This document shows, one piece after another, positions 13,541-27,646 of a stretch of DNA of 64,000 nucleotides (the stretch's first letter is position 1; each line of letters starts with the position of its first letter). Below the pieces are notes generated by a model that worked only from the letters and a program-made list of their open reading frames with translations, did no database searches and was not told the DNA's origin. Made by a program: the position numbers and the translations under genes. The stretch comes from Octopus sinensis (taxonomy: Eukaryota). The stretch covers positions 61,628,001 to 61,692,000 of the forward strand of contig NC_042997.1 in NCBI RefSeq assembly GCF_006345805.1, written 5' to 3'.

Positions 13541-13699
13541 CATATTCCTCATCTGTACCGCCGCCACCGGTAACTTTGTCACATGTTCTACAAGAATGAC
13601 CACAATATTGCTCCATCCATACGTTGTTTAACTGGCATTCACCTTCCAAGGCCCACTGGCCACATTTTTCGTCATTTAGGTACGTATTTTTACAGCTAG
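13541..13699 (-). CDS. Exon 12: ShKT domain 3 (CKNTYLNDEKCGQWALEGECQLNNVWMEQYCGHSCRTC) + GGGG linker
   Basis: ShK spacing; catag/gtaagt; 159 nt, phase 1-1. Not in the supplied ORF track. Confidence 0.94.
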
Positions 13700-13824
13700 C
13701 TATGAAAAAAAAGAATTTCAGAGTTTAAGGAAAAAATACGTCCAGTTATTTTCAAGACAAAATCAAAAAGTTTCTTTCCTAGAACTTATTGGATTAAAGT
13801 TAACATCCATGATTCTCTCCCCAC

Positions 13825-13882
<58 letters not shown>

Positions 13883-13883
<1 letters not shown>

Positions 13884-14850
13884 TAGCAAACGCACCCCTC
13901 CTTTGGACGGCGTAATTTATTATAATAGCGCACTTCTTTGGACGGTTTAAACCGTATTAGCCGACAGCGTGAAGTCGTTTCAAGTTGATAAACGTAAAAT
14001 GTATAATTACAAATTTTGTTAGCAGTTTATCATATGGTATTAAGCAACCTAGGTAATGAATAATGTTTTTTTAACACAAATTGGCAGTTTGGCAGTTTAA
14101 ACACAAATTTGGCAATAAAAGAAAGTCATGAAATGAAATCATAATTGCAGTAGGCATTATGGATCCTATATCTTACCTGAAGCGTTTTGTAGTATGTACT
14201 TATAGTACTTTTAATGTTTGACACTACTGCATTGAAGCTTTTTTCAATGCAAGTTATGTATGATAGACAAAGGCGAGCATTTATAGCAAACACACAAATA
14301 GGATAATGACATATACAAAAATAAAGGTCAGAGCACGCTTATGAACGAACAGCGTGCGTGAAGTAAGAAGGGTCATTGAAGGTAATGTACTGTTAACCGC
14401 AATCACAGAAATGAAGCAAATATCAATGAAATGCTTGTAGGAAGTCTGCTTGCTAACGGCTACCGTTTGACGTAAATGCGAAGATTGCAGTAGAGGAGTA
14501 ACTACTTTAGGGTTGCTTTGTAGAAGACATTTTTGAGCGTAGATGAATAGGTTGTTTGGATGGCCAACTCTGGAACAACCGACGTAGAACTGTCTATGTG
14601 AAAAGCACGGTGTTCGAAGGTCCACTCCGACAACTTTCAGCGATTGAGCTTGTGCTTTGTTTATTGTTATGGCAAAGCTGAGCTTGAGAAGGAACTGAGG
14701 TCTCCGCATACGGTAGGGGAAGTTTGTTGGTGTTTGTGGAATTTTCGGAATAAAAACAGTATCGTTTTTTCCGTGTCCCATGATAATTTGGGCTTCAATG
14801 ACGTGGTCCATTGTTTGTTTGATCACAAGGCGAGTTCTATTGAATAGTGT
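13883..14850 (-). mobile_element. Helitron 3' fragment with Pif1-like helicase C-terminus
   Basis: ORF 14281-14826 has FAITINKAQAQSLKVVGVDLRTPCFSHRQFYVGCSRV (Pif1 motifs V-VI). Ends in CTAG (13883-13886) next to (TA)n with a GC-rich sub-terminal stem. Confidence 0.85.
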
Positions 14851-15562
14851 GGGTGTGTTTAGACTGCGTAAGAGGATGACGGAGCAACCAACTTTTAAGT
14901 GATTTTCATGGGGAGTGAGTCTTGGAGGATTTTCATGGGGATTGAGTCCTGGAGGATTTTCATTTGGAAGTTGAGAAATTCTGTTGGAAACTGTGTAACC
15001 TGATCGAGGTCGGTAACGGTGTCAACTGATCTGTAACAACGTTTTTGAGAAGGTAGCTTACTGAGTAAGTCGTAGTTAAGAGTGATGACAGGTGTATTTG
15101 TAGCTACAAGAACAGCCCTGTGCTAACGGGCAAATATCGGCAGTTTGCGGTGAATGGGCATTGTAAAAACTGTATAAATGTCGCAACTTTGTATAAGTAA
15201 AAACAGAGAATGTATATGATATGGATTAATTTCTGAAGGTATTTAAAAAACAATTTAAAGTTGATTTAAATTGCATGGCTACCTCAAGGAAAACTAATGT
15301 GCAAATACTGGCAGTTTGCAGAGAATGAGCATTGTAAAAACTGCAGTAGAAAACGAAGTGAAAGTAACATAACTACGTCAATGTCCCTTAAGGCAACGAT
15401 AGTTGGTATTTGTTATTTACATATGAGAAGGTAGGGGCGGCATTACTCATTATGTGGAAAAATTTGAAGTCTATGACCATTTCTGGAACATAAGTGATGT
15501 ATGTTCCCTACGTGAACGAAATTGGATGAAAAATATTGATTTTAGGGGGACCAAGAAAAAGG

Positions 15563-15593
<31 letters not shown>

Positions 15594-16586
15594 CTTCCGT
15601 TTTATCATTTACTAGCAGTAATACCCATCGTTTCTCGGGATGAACGAAAACTGTATAAAAGCTCGTTGGATGGAATGGGCCTGTAAGTCCAGATTTGTAT
15701 CCCGATGATTCTGCTAGTACACGAGTCACGTCTGAGTAGACTGAACAATTAAATCCTCTACATTGAACAACGGAGATCCTTTATAAGCTACTAAATTGCT
15801 CACACACACATACATAGAAAATACATAAACACGGACATGCAGGCACATAAATATGCAAGATACATACAAATGCATACGCATACATACATATATACATATG
15901 CATACATACACATGCAAACACACACATACATACGTACATGCATGCATGTATAGGCACACACACACTGATCCACACACATGCGCACAAACAAACAAAAGGG
16001 AACGCAGTGTAAATAACGGACAGAGTGAAGACTATTGAAAAGTTGCAAAACGCAACGAAAATTTTAGGAAAATAAAAATAAGAAATAAGTGGAAATTTTA
16101 TCGGTGAGTGTGTTACATTATAAGGCACAAAAAGAATATGCCTCTCCCCAGACACAACAGAATATGCTTCAGCACACGAACTCATATAAAGAATCTTGCA
16201 AACCAAATCCAAAAATGAAATTTAAATTATGATTTTCTAAATGTACAACCCTTTAATTCGGGAAATTAGCACTTTTCAATTCTACTTAAATTTTTATAAT
16301 TCTTAGTATGAAACAACAGAAGAGAGAGCTTCAATGCAGTCCCTCAAACTTAGAAATATCAACCGAATTATCTTGAATTATCTCTGTCGTTTAAAAAGGG
16401 GTTGACACTTTGGGTATTGTTATCCAAGATGTATAAAAATATGTGATGGTGACTGATGAAATGCTCTTGATATATGTCTGCCTTAATCAATTAATCAAGG
16501 CGGACATGGAGATTAAACAGCAATGTCTCTCAATACTATGCAATTGGCTAATTTCTAGAAAGTGGAAATAAAAATTCGTTACTTAC

Positions 16587-16721
16587 GTCGTTGCGTATCA
16601 GGACACGAACTGCAACTCTTTGCACAATTTTTGTTCATCCATTTAGGATTTGTTAAACAGTCTCCATTCGCAGCCCATGTGTCACATTTTCCATCAAGGT
16701 AAACGTTCTTACAAGTTGATG
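16587..16721 (-). CDS. Exon 11: ShKT domain 2 (CKNVYLDGKCDTWAANGDCLTNPKWMNKNCAKSCSSC)
   Basis: ShK spacing; tgtag/gtaagt; 135 nt, phase 1-1. Confidence 0.95.
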
Positions 16722-16803
16722 CTACAATAAAGAAAAAGTAGATTTCAACAAAATATATAGACAAAAACATACATACAGAGAGAGATTGAGAGAGAGAGAG
16801 AGA

Positions 16804-16886
<83 letters not shown>

Positions 16887-17100
16887 GGGTTATATATATA
16901 TATATATATATATAGCTCGAGTAAACCGCATACTGTTCTAGATATCTCCACATATAGCAAATGTGTTGCTGAAAATGCACTTAAATTTCAAAAACTCGTA
17001 AATGTTTAAAATACATTTATTTACATATATACCAAACTAGTTTCAACAATATTTTTTGCTTATCAATGGTAAAAGTGTAAAATTAGAAAAACATCGTTAT

Positions 17101-17225
17101 AAGTTTCAATGTTGACAAATCAAAATGTTTCAATGTTGACAAACTGAAATGTTTCAATGTTGTTAAATTAAAATGTTTCAATGTTGTTAAATTGAAATGT
17201 TTCAATGTTGATAAATTATCATGTT
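17101..17225. repeat. 24-bp minisatellite, ~5 copies (aatgtttcaatgttgwyaaatyra)
   Basis: Direct tandem units visible. Confidence 0.9.
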
Positions 17226-17459
17226 CAAAACAGGTTTTAAATTAAAACTGTATATTAATTTGTTAGAATGTACAAATATATATATATATAAGAAACAAGT
17301 TAAGCAGAATGGTCATTACATTTAATTCCTTTATTAGGGAAAATTTGGCTTACAACAGTTTCCAGTAGTCATTATCGATACATTGTTAATAGGTTTACTC
17401 AATTGGTCTATTGATCAATTGAGGTAAATTGAACGACCTAAGAAAATTAATGTTACTTT

Positions 17460-17870
17460 CGTTAGAGCCATTTCTGTCTTCCAGACACATCTACCAATGA
17501 CAACAGTAATCGTCTGCTGCTCCTATGCCGCTACAACAATCTCTATAACGCCGACACCCGGCTCTCTCGCAAACTTATCCATCACTTGACCTGACAGAGG
17601 CCGGTCAGTTACAGCAGGAAGGCGATCGATCACATCTTCATCTCCTATCGCTGGAGGTCATTGGTCACTAACTGCCGAGTCTACAGAGGAGATAACTCGG
17701 CAATACCGAACATCGATTGCTGGCTGCGACTCTCAAGTTGAAGCTGTGAGCAGACCCCGCTACTAACCTGCCTCGCCCTGACTCATCTTCTATCGCCAAT
17801 TGCTTCAGCGCCCTGGCCAAAGATGAAACCGACAACTGGGAGATCTTTAAATCAAACACTAACTCTTCTG
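17460..17870 (+). mobile_element. LINE (RTE-like) APE endonuclease C-terminal fragment
   Basis: TNDNSNRLLLLCRYNNL..IHHLT..RWRSLVTNCRVYRG..NTEHRLLAATLKLKL, matching the NG.RL..C..NL / SDH.L motifs. Confidence 0.75.
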
Positions 17871-18351
17871 CACGTGATGTCCTAGTAAATTCAAGACCTA
17901 TTCCCCAGCGGCCCTATATTTCACTGAAGATAATAAACTGCCACCGCAAAAAGAGGGTGGACGGAATGTCTCTGAACTTTGGTTGGTAATCTGTCTAGTG
18001 ATGACGTTACGCAAAAAAATAAGAACTACTTAAACAGCATCTACGAGTAAATTGTCCGAAAGAAATATAATAGATAACGGTGTAAGTGAGACTGGAACCA
18101 GTGATGAATGTGCTGCGATGTGAACGAGCAGCAATGGGACACCGACAACCTCTGACTGCTTACACAAAGAAATTCATACGATCATTATGGAGTGCTGTTA
18201 TAGGAGTCAATTAACAGATGAAAATAGAGCACATCCAGAAAACAGTTTTATTACTTGCCAAGGAACCTTTGCAAATTTCTCGAGAAAAGGTGGTACATTA
18301 ACGACAACCTTCAACAACAAGCTGATACATCAGATATAATAATAATAATAA

Positions 18352-18417
<66 letters not shown>

Positions 18418-18429
18418 TGTAGGGGGAAT

Positions 18430-18750
18430 AGACAACGCTACTGATAGCGACAAAAACAGAATGTGTGGTGAGAGCGGTGAAATGTAAGCAAATGCCCGAA
18501 AATGGCACAACACGAATACTAAAGACGTCATGACAATGTGACAAGAATGATTCATTGGGAGCTCTGTGGAAATCACGGCCTACAAAGAGCAAAATCGTGG
18601 TATGAGCAAACGCCAGAAGGAGTCACCGAAAATGAGAATTGCAATATCCTGTGGGATGCAATGATTCAGTGCGATCACCTGACCAGACATCGGAAACCGG
18701 ACATTGTTGTGGTGAATAAAAAAGAAAGAACATGTATGGTAATCTGATTC
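18430..18750 (+). mobile_element. R4/Dong-like RLE retrotransposon fragment next to (TAA)n
   Basis: CPKMAQHEY*RRHDNVTRMIHWELC..WYEQTPEGVTENENCNILWD..RKPDIVVVNK. Confidence 0.8.
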
Positions 18751-19369
18751 CGTCTACCAGATCCACACACGAGGCTTTGGTTGAATTTCGTGTAGCCACC
18801 TGTTGGCAACTTTTCTCTGCCACCCATTTTGTAGTGGGGTATTACCCATTCTTCTGGGCTCTTTTCACACCTGTACTCCGTTCGAAATTTGCATTAGCTT
18901 TTGTATGAAAAAACAAGATGGAAGGAGAGGCTTGTTTGTAGTTTTTAGAGTAAACGTTAAACGTGCCTGAAAAATAACAAGGTCTTTCCCTCAACTAAAA
19001 GACATGAAGAACTGTCAAAAAAGGCGAGTAAATTTTATCCTCGTATGGTAATGGAAAGTGACAGTGACATCCAATATTTGCTATAGTTATTTGTATTTTA
19101 TGTAACAATGTGTATATGTATCTATGTATCAACTTTTCTTACGATCTATGCATCTACTTTTCTTGAGATGTATATATCTACGTTTCTTGAGATGTATGTA
19201 TCAGTCTACTTCGAAAATACTGACATTTAAAAACACCGTCATCACTCACTGTCTCTCCCACTCTCTCTTTCTTTCTCTCTTACTTCTTCTCTGTCCTCCT
19301 CTCTCTCGCTTTGCCACTCACTTCAAATATATCTTCTCTGTCCTTTGAAGTATTAATATTATTCATAAT

Positions 19370-19868
19370 GCCCTGATGTAGTAACTGATTGAAGGTGTTA
19401 TCATGTACGTGTTTTGTCTTGGTATAAAAGATGGGCTACAACAAATATTCTGCCCAGTACCACATATTTGCTTGACCTTAACCAGTTGAGCATGTCCCTT
19501 GGTGGCTGATGATCACGAGCAGAAGTAGTGGGGTAGAATCATAACCATGTGTTGAGAGGAAATCTTTGGGGTATGAATAATTCACCTCTGGAAACATAGG
19601 TATTTCGTGCATCATCCTTAAACAACCCTTATTCAGGGACCTTTTGAGTGGGATGGGCTACTCGACCTGAAGAAAATTCTAACTGGACCCCACCTGCAAG
19701 GTCATGTGCTGTTTATATTAATATGAGATCACCATGTCGTGCACATACGGTTGTGATGCATGTGCCTGGTGTACCCTTATCAGACAAGTGGTCATGTGTA
19801 GATTGGGCTTTTATATTTGTACTCACAGTGTCATTCATTTTGATGGCATGCACTGCTCTCCCATTGAA
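19370..19868 (+). mobile_element. ~500-550-bp non-coding dispersed repeat, copy 1
   Basis: Colinear with 60281-60820 (gccctgatg...aaagatgggctaca...ccccacctgcaaggtcatg...tgcactgctctc). Confidence 0.8.
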
Positions 19869-20696
19869 TAACAATTCCTTTTACCTTTTTATCAATATTT
19901 AATCAGAAGGCTAAGAAATCATTGCAAATAACAGTTGTCAACCCTTTCAATGCATGCTAACAGTTGCGAAGAAAATTGTTAAAAAATACTTTCTACATTA
20001 CTTACAGCCTTTCCAGACTTCGGGAGCGAGGTGTGTCTGTAATCCAAGCCATAAATAAAGTTGTTTTGCGAAATCTTCCTCTGAAATTTAAAGGAAAAGG
20101 AGCAAGCATTAGTCAATACTGATTCAAAAAGAACTAGGATTTTTTAGAATGGATGTTGACTCCAATATAAAAAGTAAATATTTTGCTCATGAAACTAACA
20201 ACTTTGGCGGGAATTGGCAGAACCATTAATGCATAAAAAATGTGTATATATGTATGTATGTGTGTGTGTGTGTTTATATATAAATCTTTACGTCAACATG
20301 TTCCTCCTTGCGACAATGTAACCTTTAACCTAATCAAGATATCCTTGACCTGAAGAGTAGCCGAAGGTATACACCTTACTTAGATTTTAACACTTCTAAT
20401 GTTCCACTCGCTATGAAACATATGTAGCCCGGATTTCCTATTCTCCATTCCGTAACTCTTGCATTCTTTCTCGCACACTCGGCAACTCTTGTTGCCTATC
20501 GAGAAATATAAAAAAAAGGTTTTTTTTTTTTTTCAGCTCGTCGTTCTTCGATTAAAGAAAGAAAAATCTGCTGCAGCCTTCCGTTTCAATAAATCTCTAT
20601 TGTTCCGGATTTTTCGAAGCTAGCTTTCATCCGACACCGCGATCCCTGGATCTACATACATACATACATACATACATACGTACGTACATACATAAC

Positions 20697-20744
<48 letters not shown>

Positions 20745-20822
20745 TATATATATATATATATATATGTATGTATATATATATATATATATATGTGTGTATA
20801 TATCTATATATATATATATATA

Positions 20823-20870
<48 letters not shown>

Positions 20871-21968
20871 ATATCCTTAAGTTTGTCTACAGGAAACGTT
20901 TTTGAATATGCATATAAAAGCTATTTCATTATGCTAGCTACAGCCTAATGATACCAACTGGCAATAACAGTTTTGGGGGGTTGTACCGAGCTGTGCCGAT
21001 ATTATGTAGCCCGAAAAAATGAACGCATGGATATGATCCACCCGATGTTCATGGATACTACGGACTATCAGCGTATATACATATTTATACGTATGTGTGA
21101 GTGAATATTTGTCTATATTTGTGTGCATGTGTATATATTTTTATATATGTATCTGTTGCAGCATTTAGTGTTTATTTTTTAAAGTCTCAGTTCAAATCCT
21201 GCTGAGGTCACTTTAGCTTCCATCCTTTTGAGGTTAATGGATTAAAGTACCAGTCAAGGACTGAGGTAGATTTGATATATTTAATATTTCTGTAAAGCAT
21301 CCGGTATTTGAATGAATTATAATAAAAGATTGAGACAACAACTAACATCGTACATGACAAGAGTTAATAAAAAAAAAAGTAACATTTGCCTTGAACCTGG
21401 AAGTTCATCAGGCTAGCGCTTATCCCAATTACGTACGATATGAAACAGTTGAGTTTACAAGCAACAGTTACAGGTTAACTATGGGATGCTAGTTTGACAC
21501 AAGGGTAATACGTAGATAATATTCGCTTTTTTTCAGCGGTGTGGACTGGAGCACCGTAAAATGAAGTGCCTTATTTAAAAACACAACGCGCTTCTTGATC
21601 CAAGAACTTAACCAACAAACTTATACTCATTAACTCAACACTCTGATAACTTGACGGAAGAATCTATGTAAGCCAAAGTTTATCATAATTACTTATGTTA
21701 TCGATATAGGAGTGATAAAAATGACTTTTAAAACAATGTCTATGTACTAAACACCGTCAACTAATTATAACACCCCTATGTTCTTATATAGTCACTTTTT
21801 AAATAAGGTATTCGCAACCATCTTTTTCTATCTATGGACCCCTTTGATTACTATTATATTCGGTGGACTCCATAGCTATTCTATGCTTAAAAACTAGTTT
21901 TATAGAAATTTCTTTCTAAATTTCTATTTTTCACATATTAACTTGTTTAGGATGAACTATGTAAAATG

Positions 21969-22039
<71 letters not shown>

Positions 22040-22196
22040 GCACACACATGTATGTAGGTATGTATGTATGTGTGTATTGACAATGACAAAAAGAAAAATT
22101 AGTCAGAAGTAGCAGGTTCCATTTTTTTATATACAGATATAAAACGTCTTCTCAATTTTCTAAGGAAATCAGATGACATTGCTTAAAACCTTTTAT

Positions 22197-22236
<40 letters not shown>

Positions 22237-22247
22237 TGTCTAACGTT

Positions 22248-22450
22248 GGAGTGCATATGTGGTTGTATGAATGTATGTACGTAGTTATGTAGTAAGAAGC
22301 TTGCTTACCAACTACATGGTTCTGGGTTAAGTCTAACTGCGTGGCACCTTGTGCAAGTGTGTTCTACTATAGCCTCGGGCCGACCAATGCCTTGTAAGTA
22401 GATTTTGGTAGACAGCAGCTGGAAAAAAGCCCGTCGTATATATCTTTGTA

Positions 22451-22523
<73 letters not shown>

Positions 22524-22705
22524 ACGTGAGAGTGTATCTTTCTGTCAGTATTTTTCGCCTCCCAGTTGTACTGATGTGTAGCATTAGCGGTTCAGCAAAA
22601 GAACAGATATAATTAGTACCAGGCTTTAAAAAATAAATACTGGGGTCGATACATTCGACTAAAAACTTTTCAAGGCGATACTCCAGCATGGTTGTAGTCT
22701 ATTTT
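22248..22705 (+). mobile_element. tRNA-derived SINE with internal (TG)n (family also at 56770-57160 minus and 61608-61965 plus)
   Basis: Pol III box-like head (tagtaagaagcttgct...gggttaagtc), shared body ggggtcgat..ttcgactaaa..ctccagcatgg; three copies in the window. Confidence 0.75.
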
Positions 22706-22709
22706 AACT

Positions 22710-22710
22710 G

Positions 22711-22746
<36 letters not shown>

Positions 22747-22763
22747 ATACATACATACATACA

Positions 22764-22794
<31 letters not shown>

Positions 22795-23310
22795 CATACA
22801 TACATACATGCACCGCGTGTGTACCGTTGGCGATTTTTTCCTCCGTCTTCCCTTCCTTGGATCTTTCCTGTCCTGAGCGTCCAATAACAGTATACTTGTT
22901 CCACGTCCTCGCGTTGTTGTGTTTACTCTTTGTGTTTTCATGTTTGGATTAACTATATATATACATACATATGTATATACATACATATGTACACACACAC
23001 ACACATATATATACACATACATATATAGATACACATACATACAAATGTATATATACACACATACATATATATATACATATACACACATACATATATCTAT
23101 ACAAATACATATATATGTATATATACACATATATATGTATATATATACACACAACATATATATATATACACACACACATACATATATATATACACATACA
23201 TACATACATATATATACACACACATACATATATATATATATACACAGATACATACGTATATATATACACACATACATACATATATATGTACACACACATA
23301 CATACATATA
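22710..23310. repeat. Compound (AC)/(AT)/(TACA) microsatellite
   Basis: Directly visible. Confidence 0.9.
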
Positions 23311-23323
23311 TGCTAGGACTTAC

Positions 23324-23473
23324 CAGTAATTCCCTGCTTTACATCTGCTTTCTCCCCACACAGACCGCAGGATTTTCGACAGTAATCTTCCATAAATGCC
23401 GGATTCCGTTCGCATTCTCCTTGGTTTGCCCAGATGGAACAAGGCCAGCCGCGGTGTTTATTCTTACAATTCG
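23324..23473 (-). CDS. Exon 10: ShKT domain 1 (CKNKHRGWPCSIWANQGECERNPAFMEDYCRKSCGLC)
   Basis: Six-Cys ShK spacing; ttcag/gtaagt; 150 nt, phase 1-1. Confidence 0.95.
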
Positions 23474-25019
23474 CTGAAGATTATTAAAAAAAAATTATAA
23501 ACCAAAAGGGATAATCATCTGAACCATTATTTACTAAATATATTTTATTATCATCACATATTTAAAAAGAAAACAGAAAGCATGAAGTAGTTTTTTATTC
23601 TGTATATTTTAATCCCTTTCAATAATTGACACAAGGCCCGAAATTTCGGGCGCAGGGGCTGGTTGATTACACTGAATCCAGGGCTCAAATGGTACTTAAT
23701 TTATCGATTCCGAGGGGAGGAAAGGCAAAGTTGACCTCTGCCACATTTGAGTCAATGAATCTTTTTTTTACACAGCCGTTCGACATGCTTGTAGCAGCAA
23801 CCAAATCTCTCTCAAATTACATCACTCTGTCTTAAAAAGGATATGGCACATTGGATAATTTAGTTTACTGCCGAAAAACAAGAAGTCAGAAAGATCACAG
23901 ATCATAGAGCTACTGTTGCAGGGTTGATCTTATTCATCAGCTGACTGTAGATGGTTCTATCATACAATCAGATTACCATTGGTGGAGTACTATGAATATT
24001 TTTCCCGTTACTTTTCAACATTTTTGGTCTTGGACTTTCTTTGTGTATTCCGGTGTTCTCATCTTATTCCACGTTTCAATATCCTCGAACCAGCCTCTCT
24101 TTGGTTGCTTCTTCTAATTTCACTTCCCATTTTCCCAAGCGATTAATTGCATTTGGAGATCATACTTCATTAAGCCAGTCACTTTCCGAAGCTTTAAGGA
24201 CATTGCTGTTGTTGCATAAAATCATTCACTTCTCCTTCTTTCTTCCTTTACATTCGTCCTATTGTTTTTAATCATTCTTCTTTTACTGAGTCCCTCTCTC
24301 GTCCTTTCTCCTCTCTCTCCTTTCTCATTCGGCTAGTAAGTTTGTAAATAACTATCTGGAAACTCATTCAAACTGGATTTAATATAATATGTTCCTGATG
24401 TTTTCGCACGTTCCATGTCAGGAGTCAATCCATCTCTGCAAACAAATGAACCGAAACCACTTTTCACTCTTTACCTAAGGCAGTGTTGTCCCAGCACGCA
24501 TTTGATTAAAGATGTTCTGTCCATGATCATCTCTATATTTCAGTCTTAATACAACTAGACTACACTAACAAAATGTTCTTTTGTAAAGACGGTAAAGTCG
24601 GTGATAGAGTTGGAGCATTTGCCGCTCGAGGCGGTTCTTGAATTTACCCTCCTCTCGCGTGCATTCAAAAGAATACGTGATACATGCATAAAATGCTGCC
24701 TCCAAAACATTGCTTCTTAAGATGGACCTTCACCTATCTCCCTTTTAGCTACAATAGTTGACAGGGTGTAATTTGATGGAGTTTTACTGCTATGTCTAGC
24801 AAATCTAGTGACCATGTACAACGTATTCGCTAAAAATGTAGGTCACATAAGTCAACCAAACATAAAGGTTTTACCTCTAACACTTTGCAATATTAACGAG
24901 GAATTCACCCATATCAAGTTCTTCGCTTATGAAACTGCCATTCTAAAGGCATCAACGTTAACAACACTCACATCCAAACAATACAGAGAATATATATCAT
25001 GAAAATAAAATAAACATAC

Positions 25020-25136
25020 CATCGACAGTAGCGCCCTCTCGACAATCTTGAGAACCATCTGGACATATACATTTGCAGTTTTCGTCAAGAACACCACCAT
25101 TCAGACATTTGATGTTATCCTTATCCGGACAACGTG
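25020..25136 (-). CDS. Exon 9: EGF-like module (CPDKDNIKCLNGGVLDENCKCICPDGSQDC)
   Basis: Six Cys with C.NGG...CxCxCP.G pattern; ccag acceptor, gtatgt donor; 117 nt, phase 1-1. Confidence 0.92.
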
Positions 25137-25143
25137 CTGGAGA

Positions 25144-25289
25144 ATAGAAAGAAAAACAAAGTCATGTGTGTACGTGTGTTTGTTTTCATATAAGTTATAT
25201 ATAAAACTAGTCAAACACTAGCCGTCATCAACCAGTGTGAAACTTCAAAGTGACTGTCAACGTTTTCCTTATATGTGTGTGTGTGAGTG

Positions 25290-25355
<66 letters not shown>

Positions 25356-25695
25356 CGTGCGTGTGTATGCACGTGCGCACAAACGTATGTGTGTAAGCGC
25401 ATGGCTTAGTGGTTAGGGGTATTGCACTCACGATTGCGAGATCATGGTTTCGATTCCCAGACCGGGCTTTGTGTTGTGTTCTTGAGCAAAGCACTTAATT
25501 CCAGGTTGCTCTGCAATCATTTCGTCATCTGGATATGTGGCACACGGTGCACCTGTTCAGGAAATGCCGATTTGATGGAGGGAGTGAGCTTGTGTGTAGA
25601 CATATATTTGATCATTATAAACAAATTATCTGTGTAGTTGTTCGGCAACAAATTGCCGAACCCTCATACGTCGTCTAACGAAGGGAGAGTCCACT
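25144..25695. repeat. Near-identical tandem segmental duplicate, copy A (contains a SINE head)
   Basis: Matches 27437-27978; outside the (TG)n tract the differences seen are single-base indels. Confidence 0.93.
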
Positions 25696-25928
25696 ATATA
25701 TATACATATATACATATATATATACATATATATAACATATATATATACATATATATATATATACATATATATTATATACATATATATATATACATATATA
25801 TATATAATATATATACATATATATATATCATATATATATATACATATATATATATAATACATATATATAACATATATATATATACATATATATACATTTA
25901 TATATATACATATATATACATATTATAT

Positions 25929-26005
<77 letters not shown>

Positions 26006-26092
26006 ATATACATATATATACATATATATACATATATATATACATATATATATAATACATATATATATATACCTATACATATATATATATAC

Positions 26093-26124
<32 letters not shown>

Positions 26125-26369
26125 CATATATATATACATATATACATATAATATATACATATACATATATATGTACATACATATATATATACATATACAT
26201 ATATATATATACATATATACATATACATATATACATATATACATATACATATATACATATACATATATACATATATACATATACATATATATATATACAT
26301 ATATATATACATATATATATATATATACATATACATATACATATATATGTACATACATATATATATAAC

Positions 26370-26400
<31 letters not shown>

Positions 26401-26763
26401 TATACATATATATATATACATATATATATACATATATATACATATATATATATACATATATATACATATATATACATATATATATACATATATATACATA
26501 TATATATACATATATATATATATACATATATATACATATATATACATATATATATATACATATATATATACATATATATACATATATATATATATAACAT
26601 GTACATATATATATATATAATATATACATATAAATATATATACATATATATATACTTATATATATAATATATACATATAAATATATATACTTATATATAT
26701 ATATATACATATATATATACATATATATATACATATACATATATATATAACATATATATATGC

Positions 26764-26807
<44 letters not shown>

Positions 26808-26943
26808 TTTATACATATATATATATATACATATATATATATACATATATATACATAATATATATATATACATATATATATATATACATATATATATACT
26901 TATATATATATATATACATATATATATACATATATATATATAC

Positions 26944-27001
<58 letters not shown>

Positions 27002-27045
27002 TATATACATATATATATATACATATATATAATATATATATATAC

Positions 27046-27078
<33 letters not shown>

Positions 27079-27253
27079 CATATTATATATACATATATAA
27101 TATATACATATATATATACATATATATATACATATATATATATACATTTATATATATACATATATATATATACATATATATATATACATATATATATATA
27201 CATATATATATACATATATATATATACATATATATATATACATAAATATATAC

Positions 27254-27318
<65 letters not shown>

Positions 27319-27366
27319 CATATATATATAATACATATATATATATATACGTATATACATATATAC

Positions 27367-27415
<49 letters not shown>

Positions 27416-27561
27416 CATATATATATATATACATATATAGAAAGAAAAACAAAGTCATGTGTGTACGTGTGTTTGTTTTCATATAAGTTATATATAAAAC
27501 TAGTCAAACACTAGCCGTCATCAACCAGTGTGAAACTTCAAAGTGACTGTCAACGTTTTCC

Positions 27562-27646
<85 letters not shown>

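Noticed and set aside
17101-17225. CRISPR-like repeat array
   Set aside because: Eukaryotic context, no unique spacers, no cas genes; it is a simple minisatellite.
20345-20385. CTGAAGAG motif suggestive of another hammerhead
   Set aside because: No GAAA and no stem III/cleavage triplet at the required spacing. The same applies to CTGATGA hits at ~6175, ~41100 and ~57298.
25397-25470. tRNA genes (also ~37054, ~61608)
   Set aside because: tRNA-like A/B boxes run into SINE bodies and lack a complete cloverleaf, so they are called SINE heads.
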